A DNA stretch of 46,939 nt from Deltaproteobacteria bacterium. Its GTDB lineage: Bacteria; Desulfobacterota; Desulfomonilia; UBA1062. The translations under genes and the position numbers were made by a program. The stretch covers positions 1 through 46,939 of the forward strand of contig JAJFUP010000117.1 of assembly GCA_021372395.1 (NCBI GenBank), in the 5' to 3' direction. Of the stretch, positions 38,454-46,939 are shown piece by piece. The notes beneath the pieces were generated by a model. The model made no database searches. It was not told the origin of the DNA and saw nothing but the letters and a program-made list of their open reading frames with translations. Within the stretch, counting starts at the first letter, position 1, and each line of letters begins with the position of its first letter.

Positions 38454-39428
38454 ATGATCTCGAAAGGACGCTTAATCAGCGAAATCGGGGACGGGGACCA
38501 GGTCAAAGCGGTCTTCCTGGTATCCAAGAGGTGGATGCTCACGACCCGGAACGGAAAACCCTATGCCAAGCTCACGCTGTCGGATAGAACCGGTGAGATC
38601 CTGGGCCTCATCTGGGATGACGCCCAGCAGAAGATGTCGGATATCGGTCTTGGTGATGTCGTGATGGTGAAGGCGGGCGCTGAATCCTACGAGAACCGTC
38701 TCCAGCTGAGGATCAGCGATATCCGCCGCTTTGACGAGAAGGATGTGGACATGTCAGGCCTCATCCCCACAACCAACCGCGATATGGCCTCCATGATGGA
38801 AGAATTCGACGGGATTATAGGCAGCATCAAGGACAACCACCTGCGTATCCTCATCGAGAGGATCTTCTCCCGGGAAGGTCTGCGGGAAGCATTCATGAAG
38901 GCTCCTGCTGCCAAGGGAATCCATCACAATTACATCGGCGGTCTCCTGGAACACACCCTCCAGATTGCGAAAGCCATCGATGCCCTGCTGGCCATCTATG
39001 CCCACGTGGGACTCAACCGGGATATGCTCATCGTCGGTGCCACCCTCCACGACATGGGGAAGATCTTCGAATACTCCTACAACAAGGTGATCGACATCAC
39101 CCCCATCGGGAGGCTCCTGGGCCATATTTACCTCTCAGCCCACATGGTGGATCAGGAAGTAGCGGGGATGGAGAACTTCCCGGAAGAACTCAGGCTTCAG
39201 CTCCTCCATATGATACTCGGCCATCACGGCCAACTCGAGTTCGGCTCGCCGAAGCTGCCCATGACGAAGGAGGCCATCTTCCTCCACACGCTCGACGATC
39301 TCGATGCAAAGCTCACCGGGTTCTCCTCCATCATCGATGCAACTCCTGAGGAGGATGCCTTTTCACCCTACTCGAATGTGTATAACCGACACCTGTACAC
39401 GAGGATATACCAGGAAGAGGAGTCTTGA
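38454..39428 (+). CDS. OB-fold plus HD-domain protein, YhaM-like 3-prime-5-prime exoribonuclease
   Basis: Track ORF 38331.. trimmed to ATG 38454 after GGAGAGGAG. N-terminal OB region (TRNGKPYAKLTLSDRTGEI) and HD domain (HHNYIGGLLEHT...TLHDMGK...GHHG). Confidence 0.85.
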   Translation: MISKGRLISEIGDGDQVKAVFLVSKRWMLTTRNGKPYAKLTLSDRTGEILGLIWDDAQQKMSDIGLGDVVMVKAGAESYENRLQLRISDIRRFDEKDVDMSGLIPTTNRDMASMMEEFDGIIGSIKDNHLRILIERIFSREGLREAFMKAPAAKGIHHNYIGGLLEHTLQIAKAIDALLAIYAHVGLNRDMLIVGATLHDMGKIFEYSYNKVIDITPIGRLLGHIYLSAHMVDQEVAGMENFPEELRLQLLHMILGHHGQLEFGSPKLPMTKEAIFLHTLDDLDAKLTGFSSIIDATPEEDAFSPYSNVYNRHLYTRIYQEEES

Positions 39429-39519
39429 GCGCCGATATCACAGGGGGCTTGAGACACCAAGGGCCCCCATGCGGCGAGGCAGGGAGGCCCTTGAGAAGAT
39501 GTTCCTTTCTTAGGGATGC

Positions 39520-39984
39520 CTACTCGTCCAGGTGGCTGTCGTAATCCAGAATGATCTGGTACATCTCCTGGGGGGATTTCGCTCCTATCAGGCGCTGCCG
39601 CAAATCCGGGTCCTTCAGCAGCATGGAAGCCCGCGCCAGCGCCTTCAGGTGCTGACTGGCGGAATTGCTGGGGGCCACGAGCAGGAAGAAGATGTGGCAG
39701 GGCTTTCCATCGATGGCATCGAATTTGAGGCCCTGGAGACTTTTCCCGATGACGGCTATGATGTTTTTTATCCCGCCGATCTTCCCGTGCGGGATGGCCA
39801 CCCCTTCCCCGATGCCTGTGGATCCGAGCTTTTCCCTGCTGAGAAGGACAGTGACCACCTCCTCGAGATCGAGCTTATACTCGGCGGCAACAGGGGTTGC
39901 CAACTCCGCCAGAATGTCTTTCTTGGTTGTGGCCTTCAAGTCGGAGATGACACACTCCGGCGAGAGGATGTCAGCGATTTTCAT
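39520..39984 (-). CDS. ptsN: PTS EIIA-Ntr nitrogen regulatory protein
   Basis: REKLGSTGIGEGVAIPHGK with the phospho-His, and HIFFLLVAP. 154 aa. Last gene of the rpoN cluster. Confidence 0.92.
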   Translation of the reverse strand: MKIADILSPECVISDLKATTKKDILAELATPVAAEYKLDLEEVVTVLLSREKLGSTGIGEGVAIPHGKIGGIKNIIAVIGKSLQGLKFDAIDGKPCHIFFLLVAPSNSASQHLKALARASMLLKDPDLRQRLIGAKSPQEMYQIILDYDSHLDE

Positions 39985-40511
39985 ATCTGCGGCTCGACCA
40001 GTGCAAGATCCCCGTCTTGTCGTTTGTAGAGCAGGTTGATCTGGTTCGATTCCGTGTTCTGGAAGATGAGATAGTTTTCCGTTGTAATGTTCATCTGGAG
40101 GATCGCCTCATCGAGGCTCATGGGTTTGACAAAGTAGTTCTTCTCATAGACCACCCGGGGCCTTGCCTTCGCGTCAGGGGGTTCTGCGGCCTCTTCCTCC
40201 TGAGGCGCCTTGCCCTGGACCTTCTTGCCGCCCTGGATTTTCTGCTTGTGCTTCTTGAACTGCCGTTCCAGCTTGTCCATCACCATGTCGATGGCTGCGT
40301 ACAGGTCCTCCGTGATCTCCACGGCATTGATGACGGTCCCGTCCGCAGTGAGCGTGACATCGGCCTTGTGCCTGCGTTTTTCAACGGAAAGGACGACATG
40401 GGCTTCAGCAGTCCGTTCGATATATTTATCTATCTTGGAGAGTCTCTTTATTGCGTAATCCTTCAGTGCATCGGAAGAGTCCAGATTTTTGAAGGTAATG
40501 TCTGTCTGCAT
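39981..40511 (-). CDS. hpf: ribosome hibernation promoting factor (long form)
   Basis: ITFKNLDSSDALKDYAIKRLSKIDKY...S30AE fold plus a C-terminal dimerisation domain (KPMSLDEAILQM). RBS GAGGAGG. Confidence 0.93.
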   Translation of the reverse strand: MQTDITFKNLDSSDALKDYAIKRLSKIDKYIERTAEAHVVLSVEKRRHKADVTLTADGTVINAVEITEDLYAAIDMVMDKLERQFKKHKQKIQGGKKVQGKAPQEEEAAEPPDAKARPRVVYEKNYFVKPMSLDEAILQMNITTENYLIFQNTESNQINLLYKRQDGDLALVEPQI

Positions 40512-40537
40512 AATTCCTCCTCTCGTGGTTAACGCTG

Positions 40538-41914
40538 TCAGTAATGTTTCTTCCTCCGGTTGGAAGGAAGAATCCCGAGCAACTCACGATACTTTGCAAC
40601 GGTCCGTCGTGCAATCGTCACCCCTTTCACCTTGAGTTTCTGAGCAATTGCCTGGTCGCTGAGGGGGTGTTTCGAGTCTTCTGCCTTGATGATGTTTTCA
40701 ATTTCGCTCTTGACGCTTTGCGAAGCGACGAAACTTCCGTCGCTCTTCGAAATACCGCTGTTGAAAAAGTACTTGAGTTCGAAGGTCCCTTGCGGGGTAT
40801 GCACATATTTATTAGATGTCACTCTGCTGATGGTGGATTCGTGCATCCCCACATCATCGGCCACATCCCGCAGCACGAGCGGTTTCAGGCGGGTGATCCC
40901 CTGATCGAAAAATTCCCGCTGGAACCTGACGATGCTCTCGGTGACCTTGCACAGCGTGTTCTGCCTCTGCTGGATGCTTTTCAGGAGCCACTGGGCAGAC
41001 TTGAAGCAATCACAGAGGTAGTCCTTTGCCATCTTCCCCATGGTGTCGGACTTCATCATGCCCTGGTATTCCTTGTTGAGCTTCAGGATGGGGAGATCTT
41101 CCTCGTTGAGGAGGACGGCATAGTCTTCCTTGATCTTTACCACATACACGTCCGGCACAATGTACTGGGGGGGTTCGTCCATGTAGTCCCTGGCCGGTCT
41201 TGGCTCCATGTTGACGATGATCCGGGCGGCCTCGGCCACCTCGTCCACGGTTGAAGAGAGCTCCTGGGCGATCTTGTTGTAGTTCTTGGTCTGGAGATCC
41301 TCGAGGTGGGACTCGATGATGCTCCACACCAGGCAGTCCTCCAGGCCGAGGGCCCGGGCCTGGATCTTGAGGCAGTCTTTCAGGTCCCTGGCCGCGATCC
41401 CGATGGGATCGAACCGCTGGACCTTTTCAAGAGCGGACTCCACCACCTCGGTCGGTTTCCCGGTGGCCTGGCTCAGGGACTCCGTATCCATGCTCAGGTA
41501 CCCGTTGCTGTCTATGTTGCCGATGATGAAGATGGCGACCTCACGCTCATCGAGAGAGAAATCGTTCAGCCTGAGCTGCCAGAGGAGGTGGTCGAGCAAT
41601 CCTTCGGGCCTGCTCGTCGTCGACTCGAGGGACGCCTTCTCATCGTCGTCATAGAACGGGATGTTGTCCTGGCCGTAGGTCTCGAGGTATGCATCCCACC
41701 TCTGCTTGAGCTGCTCCTTTTCTGCCTGGGACTGAGGTTCTTCCCGGACGGTTGCCGTATCCCCTTCGAGCAGGGGATTCGATTCGAGCTCGGAGGTGAT
41801 GTATTCCTGGAGCTCGATCCGGGAGAGCTGGAGGAGCTTGATGGCCTGCTGGAGCTGCGGCGTCATGATGAGCTGCTGCGCAAGCTTGAGATGTTGTTTC
41901 AGTTCCAGTGCCAT
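40538..41914 (-). CDS. rpoN: RNA polymerase sigma-54 factor
   Basis: N-terminal LKLAQQLIMTPQLQQAIKLLQLS. C-terminal HTH and RpoN box ARRTVAKYR. 458 aa. Confidence 0.97.
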   Translation of the reverse strand: MALELKQHLKLAQQLIMTPQLQQAIKLLQLSRIELQEYITSELESNPLLEGDTATVREEPQSQAEKEQLKQRWDAYLETYGQDNIPFYDDDEKASLESTTSRPEGLLDHLLWQLRLNDFSLDEREVAIFIIGNIDSNGYLSMDTESLSQATGKPTEVVESALEKVQRFDPIGIAARDLKDCLKIQARALGLEDCLVWSIIESHLEDLQTKNYNKIAQELSSTVDEVAEAARIIVNMEPRPARDYMDEPPQYIVPDVYVVKIKEDYAVLLNEEDLPILKLNKEYQGMMKSDTMGKMAKDYLCDCFKSAQWLLKSIQQRQNTLCKVTESIVRFQREFFDQGITRLKPLVLRDVADDVGMHESTISRVTSNKYVHTPQGTFELKYFFNSGISKSDGSFVASQSVKSEIENIIKAEDSKHPLSDQAIAQKLKVKGVTIARRTVAKYRELLGILPSNRRKKHY

Positions 41915-41927
41915 CTTCTAGTTTCCC

Positions 41928-42659
41928 CTACTGGAGAGAGAAATCCTTTCCCACGTAGATCTTCTTGACCTGGTCGTTCGCCACTACCTGTTCCGGAGTC
42001 CCTTCCTCAATTACCAGTCCCTGATGGATGATATATGCCCGGTCACATATCTTCAGGGTTTCCTTTACGTTATGATCGGTGATAATGACACCAATTCCTA
42101 CATTTTTCAAGGTTACTATCATGTCCTGGATGTCTTTGACCGTGATGGGGTCGATACCTGCAAACGGCTCGTCCAGCAGCATGTACAAGGGCTTCAGCGC
42201 CATGGCCCTGGCGATCTCCACCCGCCGCCTTTCTCCGCCGGACAACGAGACGCCCTTGAGCCTTCTGACCTGATCGAGCCCGAAGCTCCCGATGATCTCG
42301 TCGAGCTCGGAGGTGCGCTGCGAGCTCTTCAGCCGCCGGGCCTCCAAAGGAACACGGATGTTGTCTTCGACGCTCAAGCCCCTGAATATCGAGGGCTCCT
42401 GGGGGAGATACCCGATACCCCTCATGGCCCTGCCTGCGAGGTCCACCCCGGTGATATCCTCTTCCCCGAGGTATACCTTTCCCTTATCGGGACGAATGAG
42501 GCCCACGACCATGTAGAAGGTCGTCGTCTTCCCCGCTCCGTTGGGGCCCAGCAGCCCGATGATCTCTCCGGGGTTGCAGGCAATGGAAAGGCCCTTGATG
42601 ATATGGGCCTTCCCGAAGCTCTTCTCGAGACCGCTGGCATGAAGCGTCATTTCCCCCAT
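41928..42659 (-). CDS. lptB: LPS export ABC transporter ATPase
   Basis: Track ORF extends to 42875 and is trimmed here. ATG 42659 (AGGGA 7 nt upstream) or ATG 42650 (ATGA overlap with the lptA stop). Walker A GPNGAGKTT, LSGGERRRVEIARA, LLDEPFAGIDP. Confidence 0.93.
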   Translation of the reverse strand: MGEMTLHASGLEKSFGKAHIIKGLSIACNPGEIIGLLGPNGAGKTTTFYMVVGLIRPDKGKVYLGEEDITGVDLAGRAMRGIGYLPQEPSIFRGLSVEDNIRVPLEARRLKSSQRTSELDEIIGSFGLDQVRRLKGVSLSGGERRRVEIARAMALKPLYMLLDEPFAGIDPITVKDIQDMIVTLKNVGIGVIITDHNVKETLKICDRAYIIHQGLVIEEGTPEQVVANDQVKKIYVGKDFSLQ

Positions 42660-43159
42660 TGCATGATCCCTGTTCCCTTGCCGGCATCCACGCGGACTTT
42701 CACCCTTCCGCCGCCGCCTTCCACGACCTGGCTGTCGTTCTTCATGTCGAGGGTCACCTTCTGCCCGGAGATGCGTTCCTGCCCACGGGTCATGACCACA
42801 TCCCCGGTCAGGACCATCACGTCGGTTGTGAGGTTGTACATCACCTTGTTGCAGGTGGCCTCCCGATCCTTCCACAGTATATATGCATCTTTCTCCGCTG
42901 TCATCTGGGTCACCTTGCGGGTGACTGCGTCGTAGGAAAGCGTGATGACGTTTCCCTTGACCACGATGTCGGCCTTCGTCGCCTTGACCCGGCCTTTGAA
43001 CACGGCCGTGCCGTTCTTGGTGTTCACATCGAGTCTGTCCGACTCTATGTCCACCATATCGGACACGCTCACCGGCGTCTTGAGGTTCTGCGCCAGGAGG
43101 GGTCCCGCCAGGAAGATGCTAACGATTAAGAATATTCCGAGAAATCTTCGCATGAACAT
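42647..43159 (-). CDS. lptA: LPS transport periplasmic protein LptA (OstA-like)
   Basis: Signal peptide MFMRRFLGIFLIVSIFLAGPLLA and an OstA beta-jellyroll repeat pattern (VFKGRVKATKADIVVKGNVITL). Position between lptC and lptB. Confidence 0.85.
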   Translation of the reverse strand: MFMRRFLGIFLIVSIFLAGPLLAQNLKTPVSVSDMVDIESDRLDVNTKNGTAVFKGRVKATKADIVVKGNVITLSYDAVTRKVTQMTAEKDAYILWKDREATCNKVMYNLTTDVMVLTGDVVMTRGQERISGQKVTLDMKNDSQVVEGGGGRVKVRVDAGKGTGIMQWGK

Positions 43160-43646
43160 GTCCGATCAAGGCGATCTGCGAGAACTCGTCCGAGAATTCC
43201 GCCCTGTCTGCCACCATGGTTCCATCGTGCGCCTCGAGCCTTACGGGGTTCGTGGTATATGCCTTCCTGCGCTCCCTGTCCCAGATCAGCCCGTCGAGCT
43301 GTGCCTGGGCGTTGTCGCTCGTTTTGATGCTCACCGGGCCCTTGACCTCGAGGATGGACCGGTTCCTGTCGTAGCGTGCATCCTTGCCGATGATCTGCAC
43401 ACCTTTTTGCTGCACGAGGTGAAAGTCCTTAAGGTGTGCGACCTGGTCTTCAGTCTCCACCACCTGTTTCGCAGAAACGGCCATGGTCTTGCCGGTGTCT
43501 CTCTTTCTCTCGAACATGACCACGTTCGTTGCCTTGCGGCTGAGCGCACGGTCTCCGTTCACGGGCGACCCCGTCTCGTTGTCCCGGGAGGAGAGGATGA
43601 ACAGTGCGATGATCGCGGCAGCAGCCAGGCCGAACTTATACCACAT
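43119..43646 (-). CDS. lptC: LPS export protein LptC
   Basis: Single N-terminal TM (FGLAAAAIIALFILS), about 175 aa, beta-rich. Conserved position between kdsC and lptA. The call rests mainly on context. Confidence 0.75.
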   Translation of the reverse strand: MWYKFGLAAAAIIALFILSSRDNETGSPVNGDRALSRKATNVVMFERKRDTGKTMAVSAKQVVETEDQVAHLKDFHLVQQKGVQIIGKDARYDRNRSILEVKGPVSIKTSDNAQAQLDGLIWDRERRKAYTTNPVRLEAHDGTMVADRAEFSDEFSQIALIGHVHAKISRNILNR

Positions 43647-44139
43647 AGCGCTCCATGACCTTCTCGTACAGACCGAGGCGCTTCAACAGGATCTCGACGG
43701 CCTCCCGTACCGCTCCCCGTCCGCCAGGAAGGATGGTCACGACCTCTGCGCGATCTTTGACCATTGCCATGGCATCGGCAGGAGCGAAGGTCATGCCGCA
43801 CAGGGCCATGGCAGGGAGGTCCACCACATCGTCCCCCATGTACGCCATCTGTGCCGTTTCTATGCCGAGCTTGCCGGAGAGTTCCATCAGTGCCGATCTC
43901 TTGTCCTTTGCGCCCTGGATGACGTGCGTGATACCGAGCTCTTTCGCCCTGTGTTCCACGACTCCCGAGGTCCTCCCGGTGAGAATGGCCACCTCCAGCC
44001 CCGCCCTCATGAGGAGCTTCAGCCCGTGCCCGTCCTTGCTGTTGAAGGCCTTGATCTCTTTCCCGTCGTCGGTGAGGTAGATGCTCGAGTCGGTGAGTAC
44101 GCCATCCACATCCAGCACCAGGCAGGAGATCCGGTTCAT
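43636..44139 (-). CDS. kdsC: 3-deoxy-D-manno-octulosonate 8-phosphate phosphatase
   Basis: HAD motifs LVLDVDGVLTD, ILTGR and YMGDDVVDLP. 167 aa. Confidence 0.93.
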   Translation of the reverse strand: MNRISCLVLDVDGVLTDSSIYLTDDGKEIKAFNSKDGHGLKLLMRAGLEVAILTGRTSGVVEHRAKELGITHVIQGAKDKRSALMELSGKLGIETAQMAYMGDDVVDLPAMALCGMTFAPADAMAMVKDRAEVVTILPGGRGAVREAVEILLKRLGLYEKVMERYVV

Positions 44140-44948
44140 GCCACAACCTCGTGGATCAGCTTGAGTTGCTTCAGGACCGCCGCAAGGTCTTTCAGCGGCA
44201 GGCTGTTGGGGCCGTCGCTCAGGGCATGGTCAGGATCGTCGTGCACCTCCATGAAGACCCCGTCCACGCCGAAGGCCACCCCGGCGCGTGCCAGAGGCGC
44301 GATGAACTGCCTGTCTCCACCGGAGGAAGTCCCTTTTCCTCCCGGCAGCTGGATGCTGTGGGTCACGTCCAGGATCACGGGCTTTCCGAGCGAGCGCATG
44401 ATGCCGAGATTCCTCATATCGCACACCAGATTGTTGTAGCCGAAGGTGGTCCCGCGCTCCGTGAGAAGGATCGCCCCGTTCCCGGTGCTCTCGACCTTGG
44501 CCACGGCATGGGCCATGTCCCACGGGGCCATGAACTGTCCTTTCTTGATATTGATGGGCAGCCCCGTCGCTCCCGCCTCGAGGAGTATGTCGGTCTGCCG
44601 GCACAGGAAGGCGGGGATCTGGATGAGGTCGAGCACTTCCGCGGCCGGCCGCGCCTGCGCCCGTTCGTGGATATCCGTGGTCACGGGGATGTGGAAACTT
44701 TCCTTGACCGCGAGAAGGATCTCGAGCCCTTTGTCCAACCCCGGGCCTCGATAGGACTGGATGGATGACCGGTTGGCCTTGTCGAAGGATGCCTTGAAGA
44801 TGAAGGGGATCGTGAGGCGGCTCGTGATTTCCAGGATGCTTTCTGCCATGAACAGTGCATGATCCCTTGATTCTATGACGCACGGGCCGGCGATCAAGAC
44901 GAGATCACCGCTTCCGATGGTGATGTTCCGTATCTTCACGCAGTGCAT
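44136..44948 (-). CDS. kdsA: 2-dehydro-3-deoxyphosphooctonate aldolase (KDO8P synthase)
   Basis: Track ORF extends to 45002; trimmed to ATG 44948. LIAGPCVIES, FKASFDKANRSS, IPAFLCRQTD and VILDVTHS motifs. Confidence 0.94.
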   Translation of the reverse strand: MHCVKIRNITIGSGDLVLIAGPCVIESRDHALFMAESILEITSRLTIPFIFKASFDKANRSSIQSYRGPGLDKGLEILLAVKESFHIPVTTDIHERAQARPAAEVLDLIQIPAFLCRQTDILLEAGATGLPINIKKGQFMAPWDMAHAVAKVESTGNGAILLTERGTTFGYNNLVCDMRNLGIMRSLGKPVILDVTHSIQLPGGKGTSSGGDRQFIAPLARAGVAFGVDGVFMEVHDDPDHALSDGPNSLPLKDLAAVLKQLKLIHEVVA

Positions 44949-45335
44949 GAGCCCTTGCCGTATCTGATCGTGGTTCCGCCAGTGCCGATATTTCCCCCGC
45001 ATGTGCCCGGAGTTTCACAGCGCACATTCCATGCGTGATCCGTAAAAACTCCGGTTCCACAGTTTTATCGTAAGGCAGAGGGGGTGTCAAGCAACGAGAG
45101 GCCCTGCCCCGCAGCATGGGTCCTGCCGAATCTCCCCTGCCGCCCATCCGCGAAGCTTTGAGCCGGGTGAGCCCGCCCCGGATCACGTTCCTGCCGCCAT
45201 GTAGGGTCAAGGACATCTCTCCGGGAAACGAGGGGCTTGAAATATCATACCCTGACGGAGTAGAGAACAACTGCATAAAGAGAGAATGAGATGGCGAGGC
45301 AGTGGAATCCTGGGCTGCCTGTATGGGGATCAGAT

Positions 45336-45995
45336 ATGAGAGAGTCATTACAGGGAAAATCGGTCCTGATTGCCGGAGCCACCGGGCTGGTCGGTCGCGA
45401 GTGCCTGGAGCTCTTCCTTGCGGATCCTGCATTCGCAAGCGTCACGGCGATCGTGCGTCGCTTCCTTCGTCCACGAAACGGCCAGGAAAGGCTGACCATC
45501 AAGAAAATCGACTTCGACTACCTGGAGGATCACCCGTCACTCTTCGCCTGTGACCAGATCCTCTGCGCGCTTGGCACGACGATGCGCCAGGCCGGCACGA
45601 AAACGGCCTTTCGGCGGGTCGACTACGAGTATCCGTTGCGCATCGCCCAACTCGGCCTTGCCCATGGAGCACGGCACTTCCTTCTGGTGAGCGCCCTTGG
45701 CGCCAATCCGCATTCACGGATTTTCTACAACCGGGTGAAGGGTGAGATCGAGGAAGCGATCTTTCGCCTGGGTTATCGTTCACTCACCATCGTACGCCCC
45801 TCGCTGCTGCTGGGAAAAAGGGCGGAAAACCGGTTCGGCGAGGAGATTGCCAAGCGCTTCTCCGTTCTCTTCCCGAAGAAGCTTCGTCCGGTACATGCCC
45901 GGCAGGTGGCCTCGGCACTCGTGCGAGCAGCCAAAGTAGATGCGCCGGGATTCCGGGTGATAGACAACCGGGAGATCCAGGCATTCCCGGCCTGA
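45336..45995 (+). CDS. NAD(P)H-binding atypical SDR family protein
   Basis: Track ORF 45291.. trimmed to ATG 45336 (GGGGA 7 nt upstream). Rossmann motif VLIAGATGLVGRE, and later YNRVKGEIE (YxxxK). About 219 aa. Confidence 0.8.
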   Translation: MRESLQGKSVLIAGATGLVGRECLELFLADPAFASVTAIVRRFLRPRNGQERLTIKKIDFDYLEDHPSLFACDQILCALGTTMRQAGTKTAFRRVDYEYPLRIAQLGLAHGARHFLLVSALGANPHSRIFYNRVKGEIEEAIFRLGYRSLTIVRPSLLLGKRAENRFGEEIAKRFSVLFPKKLRPVHARQVASALVRAAKVDAPGFRVIDNREIQAFPA

Positions 45996-46006
45996 AGTAT
46001 CCCCCC

Positions 46007-46030
46007 GGGATCGGGTTTGAGCCCGGTCCC
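46007..46030 (+). terminator. hairpin after the SDR gene (possible terminator, no U-tract)
   Basis: GGGATCGGG-TTTGAG-CCCGGTCCC: 9-bp stem including one G-U. Begins 12 nt after the stop at 45995. Confidence 0.3.
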
Positions 46031-46068
46031 GCCTGATCTCGCCGAAGGTGATAAAACCGCACATAGAC

Positions 46069-46097
46069 TTGTTTTACCAGATTTTTTCGGTTAGAAT
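46069..46097 (+). promoter_or_regulatory. sigma-70-type promoter abutting the amidase gene
   Basis: TTGTTT (46069-74), 17-nt spacer, TAGAAT (46092-97). ATG 46105 lies 7 nt after the -10 hexamer. The alternative ATG 46096 sits inside the -10 hexamer. Confidence 0.45.
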
Positions 46098-46104
46098 GCG
46101 AGGC

Positions 46105-46917
46105 ATGAACGCGAACAAGACCAGAATCTTACCTGTTATCATAATGATAAGTTTTATTCTCCTGCTGTCGGGTATGCATCGGCCGATCCTCGCCTCCCCT
46201 CCCGGGCCCACGGAAAAATCCAAGGTGCTGAAGATCGTCATCGACCCCGGCCATGGAGGGAAGGCCCCCGGGGCGGTCGGACCCAACGGCGAGAAGGAAA
46301 AGGATATCACCCTGGCGGTGAGCAAGGAGATCGCAAGGCGACTCAGTGAGAAAGGTTTCGAGGTCCTCCTCACCCGGGACACGGACGTGTATCTGCCCCT
46401 GGAGGAACGTACGGCCTTTGCAAACAGGAACAAGGCAGACCTCTTCGTATCCGTCCATGTGAACGCGAACGAGAAGGACTCCCTTCAGGGGGTCGAGACC
46501 TACTTTCTCAACCTTACCACCGATGCGGCTTCCATGAAGGTGGCCAAGAGGGAGAACGCCATGACCTCCGAGTCGCTGGGCAGCCTCCAGCTCATCATCA
46601 AAGACCTCATGCTCAATGCAAAGATCAACGAGTCGTCCCGTTTCGCCTCGTCCATCCAGAACTCCATCGTCTCTTCCCTTGAGAAGTCCGGCCACGAGAG
46701 GAAAGACCATGGGGTGAGGCAGGCTCCGTTCTATGTCCTGCTCGGGGCACAGATGCCGTCCGTCCTGGTGGAGATAGGGTTCATAACCAATGCCGCCGAG
46801 TGCCGGCTTCTGCATGAGGAGGCATACCAGAACAGCATCATCGACGGCATCGTCCGCGGTATAAGCACCTATGCGGCGCATTCAACCTTTGCGTACAACA
46901 GCAGGGAATCCGAGTGA
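46105..46917 (+). CDS. N-acetylmuramoyl-L-alanine amidase (Amidase_3 family)
   Basis: Track ORF 46048.. trimmed. Signal peptide MNANKTRILPVIIMISFILLLSG, then IVIDPGHGGKAPGAVG, DLFVSVHVNA and GVETYFL motifs. Start at 46105 versus 46096 is uncertain. Confidence 0.9.
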   Translation: MNANKTRILPVIIMISFILLLSGMHRPILASPPGPTEKSKVLKIVIDPGHGGKAPGAVGPNGEKEKDITLAVSKEIARRLSEKGFEVLLTRDTDVYLPLEERTAFANRNKADLFVSVHVNANEKDSLQGVETYFLNLTTDAASMKVAKRENAMTSESLGSLQLIIKDLMLNAKINESSRFASSIQNSIVSSLEKSGHERKDHGVRQAPFYVLLGAQMPSVLVEIGFITNAAECRLLHEEAYQNSIIDGIVRGISTYAAHSTFAYNSRESE

Positions 46918-46939
46918 AAGAGGACCGTCAGGGAACGCC

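Noticed and set aside
40043-40053. GGTTCGATTCC, a tRNA T-arm-like motif
   Set aside because: It lies inside the hpf coding sequence, with no acceptor, D or anticodon stems around it. The match is coincidental.
44961-44985. CTGATCGTGGTTCCGCCAGTGCC resembling the 3-prime half of a TPP riboswitch (CTGATCTGGATAATGCCAGCG)
   Set aside because: The required helix does not form (GTGG versus CCAG). The CTGAGA half would lie inside kdsA. No thiamine gene lies downstream on that strand.
44905-45438. 177-aa minus-strand ORF across the kdsA upstream spacer
   Set aside because: It would overlap the kdsA N-terminus in another frame, is Arg/Pro/Gly/Ser-rich without motifs, and has no RBS. I treat the region as non-coding.

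Overview
This is a 46.9-kb, GC-rich (high-50s % by eye), densely coding chromosomal segment from a Gram-negative anaerobe. The gene content and order fit a deltaproteobacterial (Thermodesulfobacteriota-type) organism; this is inference from the kdsA-kdsC-lptC-lptA-lptB-rpoN-hpf-ptsN cluster, several acyl-CoA enzymes and a B12 radical SAM gene. I call 49 protein-coding genes. I see no rRNA, tRNA, CRISPR array, transposase or prophage.

Main functional groups:
- Purine and pyrimidine synthesis: purE, purD, purH, purC, purB, pyrE.
- Methyl cycle: thrC-like, metK, ahcY.
- t6A and rRNA modification: tsaC, tsaD, rsmA, rimO.
- metG and ricT.
- hslVU with xerC.
- LPS, Lpt and sigma-54 cluster.
- Acyl-CoA metabolism: crotonase, acyl-CoA dehydrogenase, thiolase.
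- glgC and an exbBD pair.

Many long ORFs in the supplied track are antisense shadows typical of GC-rich DNA. Several track ORFs carry spurious N-terminal extensions, which I trimmed using RBS evidence. One real gene, a B12-binding radical SAM protein at 1-1338 on the minus strand, is absent from the track because it runs off the window edge.

Nothing here looks like a classical accessory island. The most unusual items are:
1. A three-gene signalling module translationally stitched between metG and purB. It consists of an orphan HD-GYP-N-terminal-like small protein, an HDOD protein and a pseudo-receiver-GGDDF protein.
2. A zinc-ribbon ThrC-family enzyme sitting directly upstream of metK-ahcY (possible MetM-like homocysteine synthase).
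3. A secreted S8 protease with a near-consensus sigma-54 promoter and an unusual Gly-run/Cys/TM/basic C-terminal tail.
4. Two sigma-70-type promoters placed so close to their ATG that the transcripts would be nearly leaderless.

All family assignments come from motif recognition by eye, with no database search.
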